Shown here: positions 11,065 to 22,094 of the stretch, one piece after another
How the letters are laid out: each line of letters begins with the position of its first letter
Numbering within the stretch: the first letter of the stretch is position 1
Assembly (NCBI RefSeq): GCF_028641065.1
Contig: NC_073389.1
Coordinates: 25,296,001 to 25,360,000 of the forward strand
Direction: 5' to 3'
DNA from: Leucoraja erinacea
Lineage: Eukaryota
DNA length: 64,000 nucleotides
Notes under the pieces: model-generated
The model's database searches: none
What the model saw: only the letters and a program-made list of their open reading frames with translations
Told to the model about the DNA's origin: nothing
Program-made: the position numbers and the translations under genes

Positions 11065-13248
11065 AATCGAAGGTAGACTAAAATGCTGGTGAAAGTCAGC
11101 GGGCGAGGCAGCATCTATGGAGCGAAGGAAACAGGTAACGTTTTGGGTCGAAACCCTTCTTCAGACTGATGGGTGGTGGGGGGGCCCGGAAGAATAAAGG
11201 AAGAGGTGGAGCCATTGGGCTGAGGGAGAGCTGAGAAGGGGATGAGAAAGTAGGGACTACCTGAAATTAGAGAAGTCAATGTTCATACCACTGGGGTGCA
11301 AACTGCCCAAGTGAAATATGAGGTGCTGCTCCTCCAATTACGGTGGTCCTCACTCTGGCCATGGCGGAGACCCAGGACAGAAAGGTCGGATTCTGAATGG
11401 GAGGGAGAGTTGAAGTGCTGAGCCACCGGGAGATCAGGTTGGTTATTGCAAACCGAGCGGAGGTGTTCGGCAAAGCGATTGCCAAGCCTACACTTGGTCT
11501 CACCGATGTAGAGCAGCTGACATCTAGGGCAGCAGATGCAATACAGGTGCACAACCTTTTATCCGAAAGCCTTGGGACCAGACACTTTTCGTAATTCAGA
11601 ATTTGTCGGCCTTCGGAATGGAAATTTTTTAGCGTAGATTTTAATGGCTGGCTCAGTGGTAGAGTGCTCGGCTCATATCCGCAAGGTCGCGAGTTTGCGC
11701 CTTGATCCCGGCAGTTACTCGGTTGCGAGTTTGAGTCTTCAATGTCGTTTTTTCCTTGCAGAATAAATGTCTGTATGAAATGCAGTGTGTTGAATGAATT
11801 CCTGAATTTGTAAATGTGCCCGCAGCATTGAATCACCTCTCGCACTTATGTCACCCTAGCGGGGCTACATGCCCTTAGGCGGCCTAGCTCGGGGATTCTT
11901 GAATCCCCGAGCTAGGTCGCGAGTTTGCGCCTTGATCCTCGCAGTTACTGGGTCGCGAGTTTGAGTCTTCAATGTAGTTTTTTCTTGCAGAATAAATGTT
12001 TGTATGAAATACAGTGTAGGAGAGGTGTACTGACTGTGTGGGCAGAACTTTGGAAGTGATTGCCCACCAGTCTAAAAAGCCGCTGTGTCTCCCTGTCCCT
12101 GGGATAGCAGGGGGCGATCAAACAGCACAATACCCCCCTCCCCCTCCAACTCCAGAGGAATCCTCTCCCCGATGGGCCGCTACGGCGACAAGTGGCAGTT
12201 TGCCCACAGCCCGAGCTGCACCCCCTCATCCGCCACCCCAAGAACAAGACGTACCTTGCACACCATCAGCTTCTGCCCCTACATGTTCCTCTAGAGTTGG
12301 AGCGGGGCTGGAGTTGCTGCTGGCTGTGGGTCTCTGGGATCTCCGTGCTTGCAGTGGGCCTGGGGGTCAGTGTCCCGTTGGTCCTGACGTCTCCAGTCAC
12401 CCCCCTGGACTGGAGCTGAGACTGGGAACTGTACCGCCCTTGCCCCATCCCTCTGCAACTGCAAACAACCCCACTCTCCTGCAAGGGCGGTACAGTTCCC
12501 GGAGGATAGCAGGTGGCCGGAGACGTCAGGACCAACAGGAACCCGCTCCCCGATGGGCCCCTACTACGCCCCGAGTTGCGCCCCGTCATCCGCAACCCAG
12601 GTTCCCCTGTAGTTGGAGCGGGGCTGGGGGCTGCTGCAGGCTGTGGGTCTCTGGGTTCTCCGTGCTTGCGGCGGGCCTGGTGGTCGATGTCCAATTGGTC
12701 CTGACGTCTCCGGTGACTGCATTGTATGCTGGCATCGCCGACGTGAAGACAGTGCAAAGCCCCCGCGCTGGTGCAATGAGCGGGGAGCTGGAGAGGGGAG
12801 GGAAGGGGTCACACACATGGCCGGGAAGCAGAGGGGTGTAGGTGGGGTGAAACTGAAGGGAGCGACAATCTGCTGCCGCCTGCCCGCTGAGTTAAAAAGT
12901 TCCCACGCGACTCATGATACACTGTGTATCGTGAGTCTACCGTGGGAACTTTTTAGCTCAGTGGACAGACAGCTGCATATTGTCAATTATTAACCCTCCC
13001 GCGCAATATACCCTCACCTTTTCTTTTATGAATGGGGATTTAGTTCCCCTTTCTTCGAGGGCCGACCGGAGGTTCCACTGTCACCTCTGCGGGCCGCCCT
13101 CGGTGAACGTTTTCAAGGACCTTTCTTCAAGGACCGAGAAAATGTCCACTATTCGGAGGTTTTCGTTATTTGGATCGTCGGAAAAAGGTTGTGCACCTGT
13201 ACATGAAGTTGTAGGAGGTGCAGGTGAACCTCTGCCGCACTTGGAAGT
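11065..13248 (-). mobile_element. Penelope-like 3' fragment (GIY-YIG + pLTR) interrupted by a DNA transposon
   Basis: ORF 11283..11552 has LYCICCPRCQLLYIGETKCRLGNRFAEHLRSV; PLE sequence resumes at 13202 (gtgcaggtgaacctctg). Confidence 0.88.
11544..13199. mobile_element. Non-autonomous Tc1/mariner-superfamily (pogo/Tigger-like) element, 1.66 kb
   Basis: TIRs caggtgcacaacctttt(a)tccga / tcggaaaaaggttgtgcacctg; TA TSD at 11542-11543 and 13200-13201; no transposase; GC-rich internal direct and inverted repeats. Confidence 0.9.
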
Positions 13249-13277
13249 AACACTTGTACAGTTCGTTGTCTAATGCA

Positions 13278-13334
13278 TTTCGTTGTCTCTGTACTGTACA
13301 CTGACAATGACAATTAAAATTGAATCTGAATCTG
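13278..13334 (+). mobile_element. LINE 3' tail (Rex1/Babar-like) with (gaatct)n end
   Basis: tttcgttgtctctgtactgtacactgacaatgacaattaaaattgaatctgaatctg; the same sequence recurs at ~32752-32810. Confidence 0.6.
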
Positions 13335-14529
13335 TACAGCTACCATGAATGTGTTACAGTATCTTCATAGGGAGAAAGAAAAGGAGACGAGATTTTAAAA
13401 GATTTTCTATCTAAACAAAAAAAAACTACAACTGTGAAATACAACTATTAGTTGCAAAGCCAGTGCTTGAAAATAATATTTAAGCTGTCTCAACACTGCA
13501 AGTGTCAACTCAGCACAGTTGGTATCATTGCTTCAGGAAACAGAAGGTTTGGAATTCAAACAAACACTTAACTTCAGGAGACAATCTGAGCATTTACTTC
13601 AGAACAATGCGCTCTTTTGGAGGCACTGTCCATTAAAGAGAATCAACTAAAATACCACATGCATCTCAGATCAATGCTCATTATTTTTATTATTCAAAAG
13701 CTAGGCAGTGACATGTCAGCATTGTGCCCTCACCCAGTACCAACAGAGTGACTGGCCATTTATTTCATTGTTGATCATGGCATTCCTATAATCATTTGCC
13801 TTCATAACACTCAGCATGACAAAGAATTTCGCAACACAAAGAGCTTGCCATCAATTCATTAAATTGAGCAAGCCTAAACAATCGGATTTCACCTCTATCT
13901 AACTAGATAGCTAATACAACCGTATGTGTTTGGGTGCAAATGGCCTGTAGTCATTAATTCAGCTGAAAATCTTTCATGATAAATACACGAGTCACATTAT
14001 TTTTTCCCCCACTGCTGATACTTATGCTGGTAATAAACAAGAACAAAATATCAAATTTCCAAGTCATAGAAACAATCTTAAACATTCAAATATTATGTTT
14101 TGTTCGAAATTCAGTTAATTAAACAAAACTGCTACTAGAAAGCACATTATCAAGTGACAAGATTATCAATACTGATGCTCTGCTATTTGACAAAGTATTC
14201 ATGAGACAGGAGAGGCCGGGGTGACATAATTGGCCAGAGGCCATAATTGAACCAGCATCCACCAATGCACTCAGCAGTGCTTCCTAGATTCCAACAATTT
14301 TAGATTCCAACCATGTGTTATGTAAAAACATCTCACTGTCTACTCTGTGCAGAGACCCCTTATTATTTTAAGTACTTTCGTCAAATTTCTACTCGGCCCT
14401 CTCCAAACAAAAACAGCGCTTTTTTGTTCAAACAAAAATGTCTCCAATTCATCCTTGTAACTGTATTCGCTCATCCTATATTAAAAAAAAACTCACATCC
14501 TAATTATTAATCTAAACCTAATTATTAAT

Positions 14530-15480
14530 CCCCCCCCTGCTGTACTCGCTCTATACTCATGACTGCGTAGCCAGTCACAGTGCGAACTCCATCATCAAGT
14601 TCGCTGACGACACCACTGTTGTGGGGCGTATCACTGATGGGGATGAGTCAGAGTATAGAAGAGAGATCAAGCAACTGTCCATATGGTGCCAGCGCAATAA
14701 CCTGGCCCTCAACACCAGCAAAACCAAGGAACTGATTGTGGACTTTGGAAGGAGTAGGAGGGGGACCCACAGCCCCATTTATATCAACGGGTCGATGGTT
14801 GAAAGGGTCAAGAGCTTCAAATTCCTGGGCGTGCACATCTCTGAAGATCTTTCCTGGTCCGAGAACACCAATGCAATTATCAAGAAAGCTCATCAGCGCC
14901 TCTACTTCCTGAGAAGATTACGGAGAGTCGGTTTGTCAAGGATGATTCTCTCTAACTTCTACAGGTGCACAGTAGAGAGTATGCTGACCGGTTGCATCGT
15001 GGCTTGGTTCGGCAATTTGAGCGCCCTGGAGAGGAAAAGACTACAAAAAGTAGTAAACACTGCCCAGTCCATCATCGGCTCTGACCTTCCTTCCATCGAG
15101 GGGATTTATCGCAGTCGCTGCCTCAAAAAGGCTGGCAGTATCATCAAAGACCCACACCATCCTGGCCACATACTCATCTCCCTGCTACCTTCAGGTAGAA
15201 GGTACAGGAGCCTGAAGACTGTGACAACCAGGTTCAGAAATACTTCCCCACAGCCATCAGGTTATTAAACCTGGCACAGACAAAACTGATTATTAATAAC
15301 CCATTTTCTGTTATTTGCACTTTATCAGTTTATTTATTCATGTGTGTATATATTTATATTATGGTATATGGCCACACTTATCTGTTTTGTAGTAATATGC
15401 CTACTATGTTCTGTGTGCTGAAGCAAAGCAAGAATGTCATTGTCCTATACAGGGACACATGACAAAAACTCACTTGAAGT
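14530..15480 (+). mobile_element. Rex1/Babar LINE, 5'-truncated (RT C-terminus + 3' UTR)
   Basis: LLYSLYTHDC...IIKFADDTTVVGRITDGDESEYRREI...LALNTSKTKELIVDF...FKFLGVHISEDLSW...HQRLYFLRRL (ORF 14621..15268). Confidence 0.92.
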
Positions 15481-15759
15481 AACAATAGGCCCAGCACTCA
15501 TTACAAGCCTCCATTCTAGAAACACTCTCCAGCACCATTTTGTCTCCTACCTTCAAATGAGTGGAAGCAGTTTGACAGTTCACCTGTCATATCTCATTCT
15601 TTCTGTATCTACCTTGCCAAAATCACTTTATCTTATTTTTCAATAGGATGTTTTTTCATCCACCTAAGTTCCAATGATTGCAGGCCCAACCCTGTAATAA
15701 AGAGAACCCTTTCATCCCAGGAACCAACCTGGTAAGCTTCTCCAAGCTGCTCCAATGAG

Positions 15760-16885
15760 AACCTCGGTCGGTGGGGCCACTGCGAGACGGCCTCCCTGCC
15801 AGCAGCATGTTAGTTATTTCTACTTTTATTATTTTTTAGTATGTGCAAATGTTTGTTTTAGTGTCTCTTGGTGTGTCTTGTGCGGGGGATGATGAGGGGC
15901 AGTAAAGGGGAAAACGCTTTCGGTCGCCTCCTTCACGGAGAGGCGACTTTTTCCATGTCGCCTCCCTCGAGGCCTAACACTAAGGATTGGTGCGGCCTTT
16001 CCCGGAATCGGGCCAGGAGCTTCAGCAGCGGGGACTTTTTCCGATCACTGGCCTGTTCAGCCAGACTGTTCAGCCTGAAGCCGCTGTCTTCAGAGGTTCT
16101 AGCCGCGGGTGCGGCGTTCGAAGCCTGGGATCCCTCGTTGGGGATCCCCGGAGAAGAGCTCCGACCGCCGGCCTGCATCATCTTGAAGCTGCAGTCTCCA
16201 GTAGGGAAGCACCGATTCGGGACTTACCTTCCAGAAGAGAGGGCCTGTACATCTGGCTACCCACAGTGGCGACTGCAAAGGTTTATGGCCCCGACCACGG
16301 GGGAACAATGGAGGAGGACTTACTGTACTTTCCACCAAAGTAAAGAATGCTGTGGTGGATGCTTGTGTTAAATTTTATTATGTATTGAGTGTTCTTTTTT
16401 ATTGTACTGCTGATGGCAAATTAATTTCACTGCTTTATTGTGTACGCTAGAATTTAGAAGATTGAGGGGGGATCTTATAGAAACTTACAAAATTCTTAAG
16501 GGGTTGGACAGGCTAGATGCAGGAAGATTGTTCCCGATGTTGGGGAAGTCCAGGACAAGGGGTCATAGTTTAAGGATAAAGGGGAAATCTTTCAGGATCG
16601 AGATGAGAAAAACATTTTTCACACAGAGAGTGGTGAATCTCTGGAATTCTCTGCCACAGAATTCTGAGGCCAGTTCATTGGCTATATTTAAGAGGGAGTT
16701 AGATGTGGCCCTTGTAGCTAAAGGGACCAGGGGGTATGGAGAGATGGCAGGTACAGGATACTGAGTTGGATGATCAGCCATGATCATATTGAATGGTGGT
16801 GCAGGCTCGAAGGGCCGAATGGCCTACTCCTGTAACTATTTTCTGTTTCTATGTGATGAATAAATCCGATTGATTGATGATTGAA
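15760..16885 (+). mobile_element. GC-rich non-autonomous retroelement with Rex1-like tail, split by CR1
   Basis: GC/CpG-rich body, tail ggcaaattaatttcactgctttatt...atgtgatgaataaatcc(gatt)n interrupted by CR1 at ~16440-16852. Family not recognised. Confidence 0.45.
16440..16852 (+). mobile_element. CR1 LINE 3' end
   Basis: ORF 16438..16764 (LEFRRLRGDLIETYKILKGLD...FFTQRVVNLWNSLP); same family as 26665-29200, 45686-48095 and 49250-49695. Confidence 0.93.
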
Positions 16886-17329
16886 CCTATCCTTGTCACT
16901 CGACAAGGAAATTGAAACTGTACACAGCACACCGGGCGTTATGGTATCAGCATGCTGTACAGTTGTTGCAAAACCTGCCTCGTTTTATACTCCATTTCAC
17001 CTGCATTTAATGCCAACATTCCATTTAACTTCATAATTATTGCATGGACACCTGCTGCTTCATGTTAAGTATATTCAGAACTCTCAACACCAGCTTTGAG
17101 TCACTGTTTAAATAACATGCCGCTTTTCTATTCTTGCTATTAAAGCTGGAAAAAATTTCCTCATGTATTCATTTTTATTCCTGCTACTCACTTCAGTTAT
17201 CTCTCTTTGCAGATACTGTGCTCCCCTCACAACTTGCTTTGCATCTATTTTTGCAACAGTCAGCAACATTTTTGATCTACAATAAAAGAATTAAAGAGTA
17301 TAGTCAGAGTTTCTAATTATATAAAAAAG

Positions 17330-17432
17330 ATTAGTTTGAAGAAGGGGTCTCGACCCAAAATGTCGTCCATTCCTTCTTTCCAGAGATGCTGCCTGTTCCG
17401 CTGAGTTACTCCAGCATTTTGTGTCTACCTTA
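17330..17432 (+). mobile_element. Penelope pLTR fragment
   Basis: tttgaagaaggggtctcgacccaaaatgtc...gatgctgcctgttccgctgagttactccagcattttgtgtctacc. Confidence 0.8.
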
Positions 17433-17816
17433 GTATAAGTAAATGTTGGTCACGTAAGTGATAAACAAGAGACCATAGAAAATAGTGAATTGGAAGATAA
17501 TCAAGAGGCTATAAAGCGATCTCTGCAAGTAGAGAACCAGGTAAACTAATAGAGTCACTGTGACATTTGATCTGCACCAAAGGAACTTTTATGCAAAATG
17601 GGTGCAGAGGCAGCTGTCATCTACCAAAGAAGTTGGTCACAATCTGGTCAGTGTCAACTGAGAACATAGCCAAGACCAAGCTTCTGAATTAATCCTAAAA
17701 TGGTAGAGTAAACATAGTATATTTGAATTTACACAAGACGTTCATATGGTGTCGCACAAAAGATTTGAGGCACTTTGATACTCTCTAACCAGGCAACTGT
17801 GAAGGTGCATACAGTC

Positions 17817-17960
17817 TTCTTCTTCTTCTTGAATATGGCGTGCACAGTCTAAAGCTGTAGGACAACTTGTTCTATTTGATCTTATTTGATTGTGCATGCC
17901 GGATTGATTGCATTCGTCGAAACAGGGCGGACCACATGAAGGTTGCAATCTTTCACCCCA
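17817..17960 (-). mobile_element. 144-bp non-autonomous retroposon with HDV-like ribozyme head and (AAG)n tail
   Basis: Perfect 10-bp TSD gcatacagtc (17807-17816 and 17961-17970); 3' (aag)5 tail; no Pol III A/B boxes; inserted in an old CR1 3' remnant (~17760-18115). Confidence 0.88.
17906..17959 (-). ncRNA. Predicted minimal HDV/CPEB3-like self-cleaving ribozyme (54 nt)
   Basis: GGGGUGA-AA-GAUUGCA-ACC-UUCAUGU-GGU-CCGCCCU-GU-UUCG-A-CGAA-UGCAAUC: P1 (6/7 pairs, including G1.U wobble), P2 7/7, P3 3/3, 7-nt L3 resembling CPEB3 UUCACGU, J4/2 CGAA with candidate catalytic C at 17916; P4 reduced to a UUCG mini-loop. Confidence 0.82.
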
Positions 17961-19749
17961 GCATACAGTCAAGGCAAAAGTTGACATTTAATTGAACAAG
18001 GAAGTCAAAAGGAGTGGGAAGAGAGAGGGAATGTTAAGAACAAGACTGGAACAGCCATGATTTAATGAATGGTGGTGCTGCCATACAAGGCTACATGCCT
18101 ACTCCTATTTATATTCTGATTTGTCCATATTTGAAAATGAACAGTTTGGTGCTACACCTTTCTATTTTCAAGTAATGATTTTTAACCTTCCATAAGTAAT
18201 CACCACAAAAAACCCTCACAATATAGTATTTAACACCTGGAAAGACTGACAAAGGACATGGCACCCACTCTTTTGCATGCATATCCATTCCTTAGGCTCC
18301 AACTAGCAAATCAGATGTGGGGAAAATCCAAGTTGACTATAATATGTAGCCACTAGAGTCATACAGTGTGGAAACAGGCTCTTCGGTTGAACCCCCCCCA
18401 TGCAACCAACACATCAGTTCCCTCTTAAACATCCCATCTGCACTAATCTCACCTGCCTGAATTTGGATTTCCAGAAGACATTCAATAAGGTGTCACATAA
18501 AAGATACGCGACTCTTTGAAATTCTCTATCCAGGCAATTGTGAAGATGGAGTAATTGCATACAGGCAAGGCAGTAATTGGCATGTATTTGAAAACAAGGA
18601 AGTCGAGAGATGCTAAGTATTCCATCATGCTCTGGGAGGAATTCTGATGATCATAAAGAGATACTGGAAACCATAAACAAAGAAGCACAGCAAAGGTGGT
18701 CACCACCTGGTCAGTGTCAACTGAGAAAATAACTGAGACAGCTTTACAACCGTGTGAACTATCCAATTGTAAATGCACCCTCTGTGAATTAACAGGAAAA
18801 GCAAATGGGAATGTTTTGGAAAATAACATCTTGTGAAAGGGACTATCTGATAAATTGCAACAGCAGAAATAGTCTGATAATCAGGGAATCAAACATTTGA
18901 GATGATTGATCAATGACCCCAGAAGGAATTTGAAGTTAAAGAACCACATACTCACATGGATAAGGATTGGAATTACAGCTATGTAAATGGTAATAAAGAA
19001 CCAAGTAATGTTTGGAAGGCATGCATAGAAATTTATGAACAAAGGTGCCTTGTAAGATAACTGGCAGTAGTGCCTCCAGAGAGCAACCACAGAAGACCCA
19101 AACTTGCCAAGATCAAACTGGACAAGTTCAAGTGTGGGCAAGATCTAGATAAAGATAAAGGTGAAAGTAAACTGTACAGTTTTGCAACTAAAACAATCAT
19201 TAAACTAAAGAGTTATAAAGAATGAATGAGTTTTGTTTGAAACTACGCAGTGAACCTTTGAGTTGTTGAACAAATCACAAATAATATAGCTATTAGACAA
19301 AGTCACCGTCTGGTGTGTTTTATCGTGTGCTGCATTTAATTGGCCATCGGCATTCCAGGAACAGTTCTGATGAAAGATCATCCCTCAAACATTTATTCCA
19401 AAAGTGAACATTTGGTGCATTTTGGTATTTATGAAAATGTGAATATTATATTCTTCCTTATCCTCTTCCTGGAAAGAAGCTGCTCCTAAAAAAAGGATCG
19501 ACTGGACATAGTAACCTCTGTTAAAGTGGCATTTTCAATTTATTTTTAACACCAACCCAAGTTGCTGCCCACAATAACACCAAGATAAACCTGCCCAATA
19601 CGTCACATCATGCTGCCAAAAAGACAGTAAAATCATTGATACGACTAAATGTGTCAACAAATATGTGTTGGGGAAGTTGGCCAAAGGGTAACCCGATTAA
19701 GTATTTAAAGTCATTAAATAGTTTAATTAGAGTAAGAAATGACTGAAAA

Positions 19750-20262
19750 TACTTAAATCAAGGGCAAAAGTACTCAGCAAATCAGATAGCATCTGTGGAG
19801 CGAAATGGACTAGCGACATTTCGAGTCGGGGTCCTTCTTGAAGACAGTAGAAGAAGCGAGATAGTTAAAGACGGAAAATGATTGGTGGATTCACGTATGA
19901 GGGTTGTTAGAGATAGGTCAGGTGTGGGAGAGATGGGTGGAGATGATCAGAAAAGCCTGAGGATATAAATGGAGAAGACAAAGGACTGCAGATGGTGGAA
20001 TCTGAGTAACTCAGCGAGACAGAGCATCTCCGGAGATAAGGAATGGCCAACATTTTGGGTCGACACCCTTCAACAGACTGAGCCAGGAAGAGGGAAACGA
20101 GATATAGAAGGGTACAAAGAACATGTCAGGCCTGAAAAGAACATATCAAAGCTGACGATGATCAGGGAAATGTGCAATGGTTCATTGTTGGATGAGGGGA
20201 GGGAGAAAGAGAGTTACTTGAAGTTAGATAAATCAATATTCATACCGCTGGGTTGCAAGATA
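19750..20262 (-). mobile_element. Degenerate Penelope pLTR/3' fragments (two tandem)
   Basis: tactcagcaaatcagatagcatctgtggag..., actgcagatggtggaatctgagtaactcagcgagacagagcatctcc..., ttacttgaagttagataaatcaatattcataccgctgggttgcaag. Confidence 0.75.
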
Positions 20263-20716
20263 TGATTATTTGCCAGCTTTGAATACTGGTGGCAGACATT
20301 GCAGGGCACAATACACCATTGATATTGCGGGTGTTTTAACGAGACAGAATTAAATAGAGGAACCAAAATCAAGAAATCTTCCAGTAACACCAAAATTAAC
20401 GGTATGGTTGATGGAAGGAAGTTTAATGGAAATTTGGATGCCAATGGATCAATTAGGTGGACACAAAATTCAATCAAATGGTAAAGTAATCCGTTCAGGG
20501 AACAAGTTAATAGAATGTTCAAGGATACTCAGAGAACAGAGGGATCACTACGTCCACATCCACACACTCTTCAGACAGGAGAGTAAACATATCAATGAGC
20601 TGGTGATGGAGGAAGAAAGCTTCACCATATTTAAAATGTGCATCCAGATGAAAAAGCTGAAATCTGAAAATCATATACCCAAAGCAGAAAATTGGGATGA
20701 AGCAAAAGTCTAACCT

Positions 20717-21078
20717 CAGGGCTCTCACTTAACTTTTTTTCCCTGTTGTCAGCCGGGCAACCTCTGCAGCTTTTAAGGTCACCAAATGACATTAGGTGGT
20801 CATTTAAGATGGCTTGCATGACACGTGCGATAATGTGCTCGGACGAAGTGCGTAGTAGTCGGAAATATGGTCAATGAAGCATTCACATATTATTTGTGCT
20901 TCAAATAAAGTCACAAACTAAACATATTCACCAATCAAGACATGATATATACCACAATGACATGCAGCAAAATTACAATACAGTATCTCATCTCTATTTA
21001 CACGTTGCAAAGAATGCAATTTCTATTATTTCATTCCACTTCCAAACAAAAATCTGGATTATTCAGCGCTTGATCAAT
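20717..21078. mobile_element. Probable hAT-type DNA transposon end, truncated
   Basis: Starts cagggctctcacttaac (CAGGG terminus typical of hAT) with CpG-containing subterminal sequence; no second TIR seen. Confidence 0.4.
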
Positions 21079-22092
21079 CTCGGTGAGACCAAGTGCAGGC
21101 ATGGCGATTGCCACGCACCTACACTCAGTTCGCAATAACCAACCTGATCTCCCGGTGGCTCAGCACTTCAACTCCCCCTCCCTTTCCGAATCTAACCTTT
21201 CTGTCCTGGGCCTCCTCCATGGCCAGAGTGAGGCCCAACGCAAATTGGAGGAACAGCACCTCATTTTTCGCTTGGGCAGTTCACATCCCAGCGGTATGAA
21301 CATTGGTTTCTCCAATTTCAGGTAGTCCTTGCTTTCTCCCTCCTTCCCCTCCCATTCCCAGATCTTCCACAGCTTACTGTCTCCGCCTCTTCCTTTTTTT
21401 TTTCCCGTACCCCCCCCCCCCCCCCCCCATTCCCAGCTCTCCCACAGCCAACTGTCTCCGGCCCTTCCTTTCTTTCCCCCCCCCCCATCAGTCTGAAGAA
21501 GGGTCTTGACCCGAAACGTCGCCTATTCCGTCGCTGCATAGATACTGCCTCACCCGCTGATTTTCTCCAGCTTTGTCTACCAACGGGATCCCACCACTGG
21601 CCACATCTTCCCATCTCCTCCCCCGTCGGCTTTCCGCAGAGACGGCTCCTACTGTAACTCCCTGGTCAATTCGTCCCTTCCCAAACCACCCCGTATATAA
21701 CCATATAACAATTACAGTACGGAAACAGGCCATCTCGGCCATTCTAGTCCGTGCCGAAAACTTACTCTCACCTAGTCCCATCGACCAGCACTCAGACCAT
21801 AACCCTCCATTTCTTACCCTAACCAATTTATTTTTAAATGATAAAATCGAACCTGCCTCCACCACTTCCACTGGAAGCTCATTCCACACAGCTACCACTC
21901 TCTGAGTAAAGAGTCCCTGCTTTCTCCTCCGCTTCCCAGCTCTCCCTCAGCCCACTGTCTCCCCATCTTCCTTTCTTATTCCCGCCCCCCCCCCCCGCAC
22001 CCTCACATCAGGCAGAAATTGGTCGTCGCCTATTTCCTTCACTCCATAGATGCCGCCTCACCCGCTGAGTTTCTCCAGCATTTTTGTCTACC
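21079..22092 (+). mobile_element. Penelope-like tandem fragment (GIY-YIG + pLTR, RT piece, second pLTR) with a nested CR1 3' end (minus, ~21695-21912)
   Basis: ORF 21083..21325 (VRNNQPDLPVAQHFNSPS...KLEEQHLIFRLG...GMNI); intact hammerhead-like motif 21493-21520; CR1 tail ccatataacaattacagtacggaaacaggcc matches the element at 1-1121. Confidence 0.88.
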
Positions 22093-22094
22093 CA

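Noticed and set aside
12038-12841. 267-aa ORF and overlapping ORFs as a host gene or transposase
   Set aside because: They lie in the GC-rich repetitive interior of a TIR element, are open in many frames on both strands, and show no DDE or other domain motifs.
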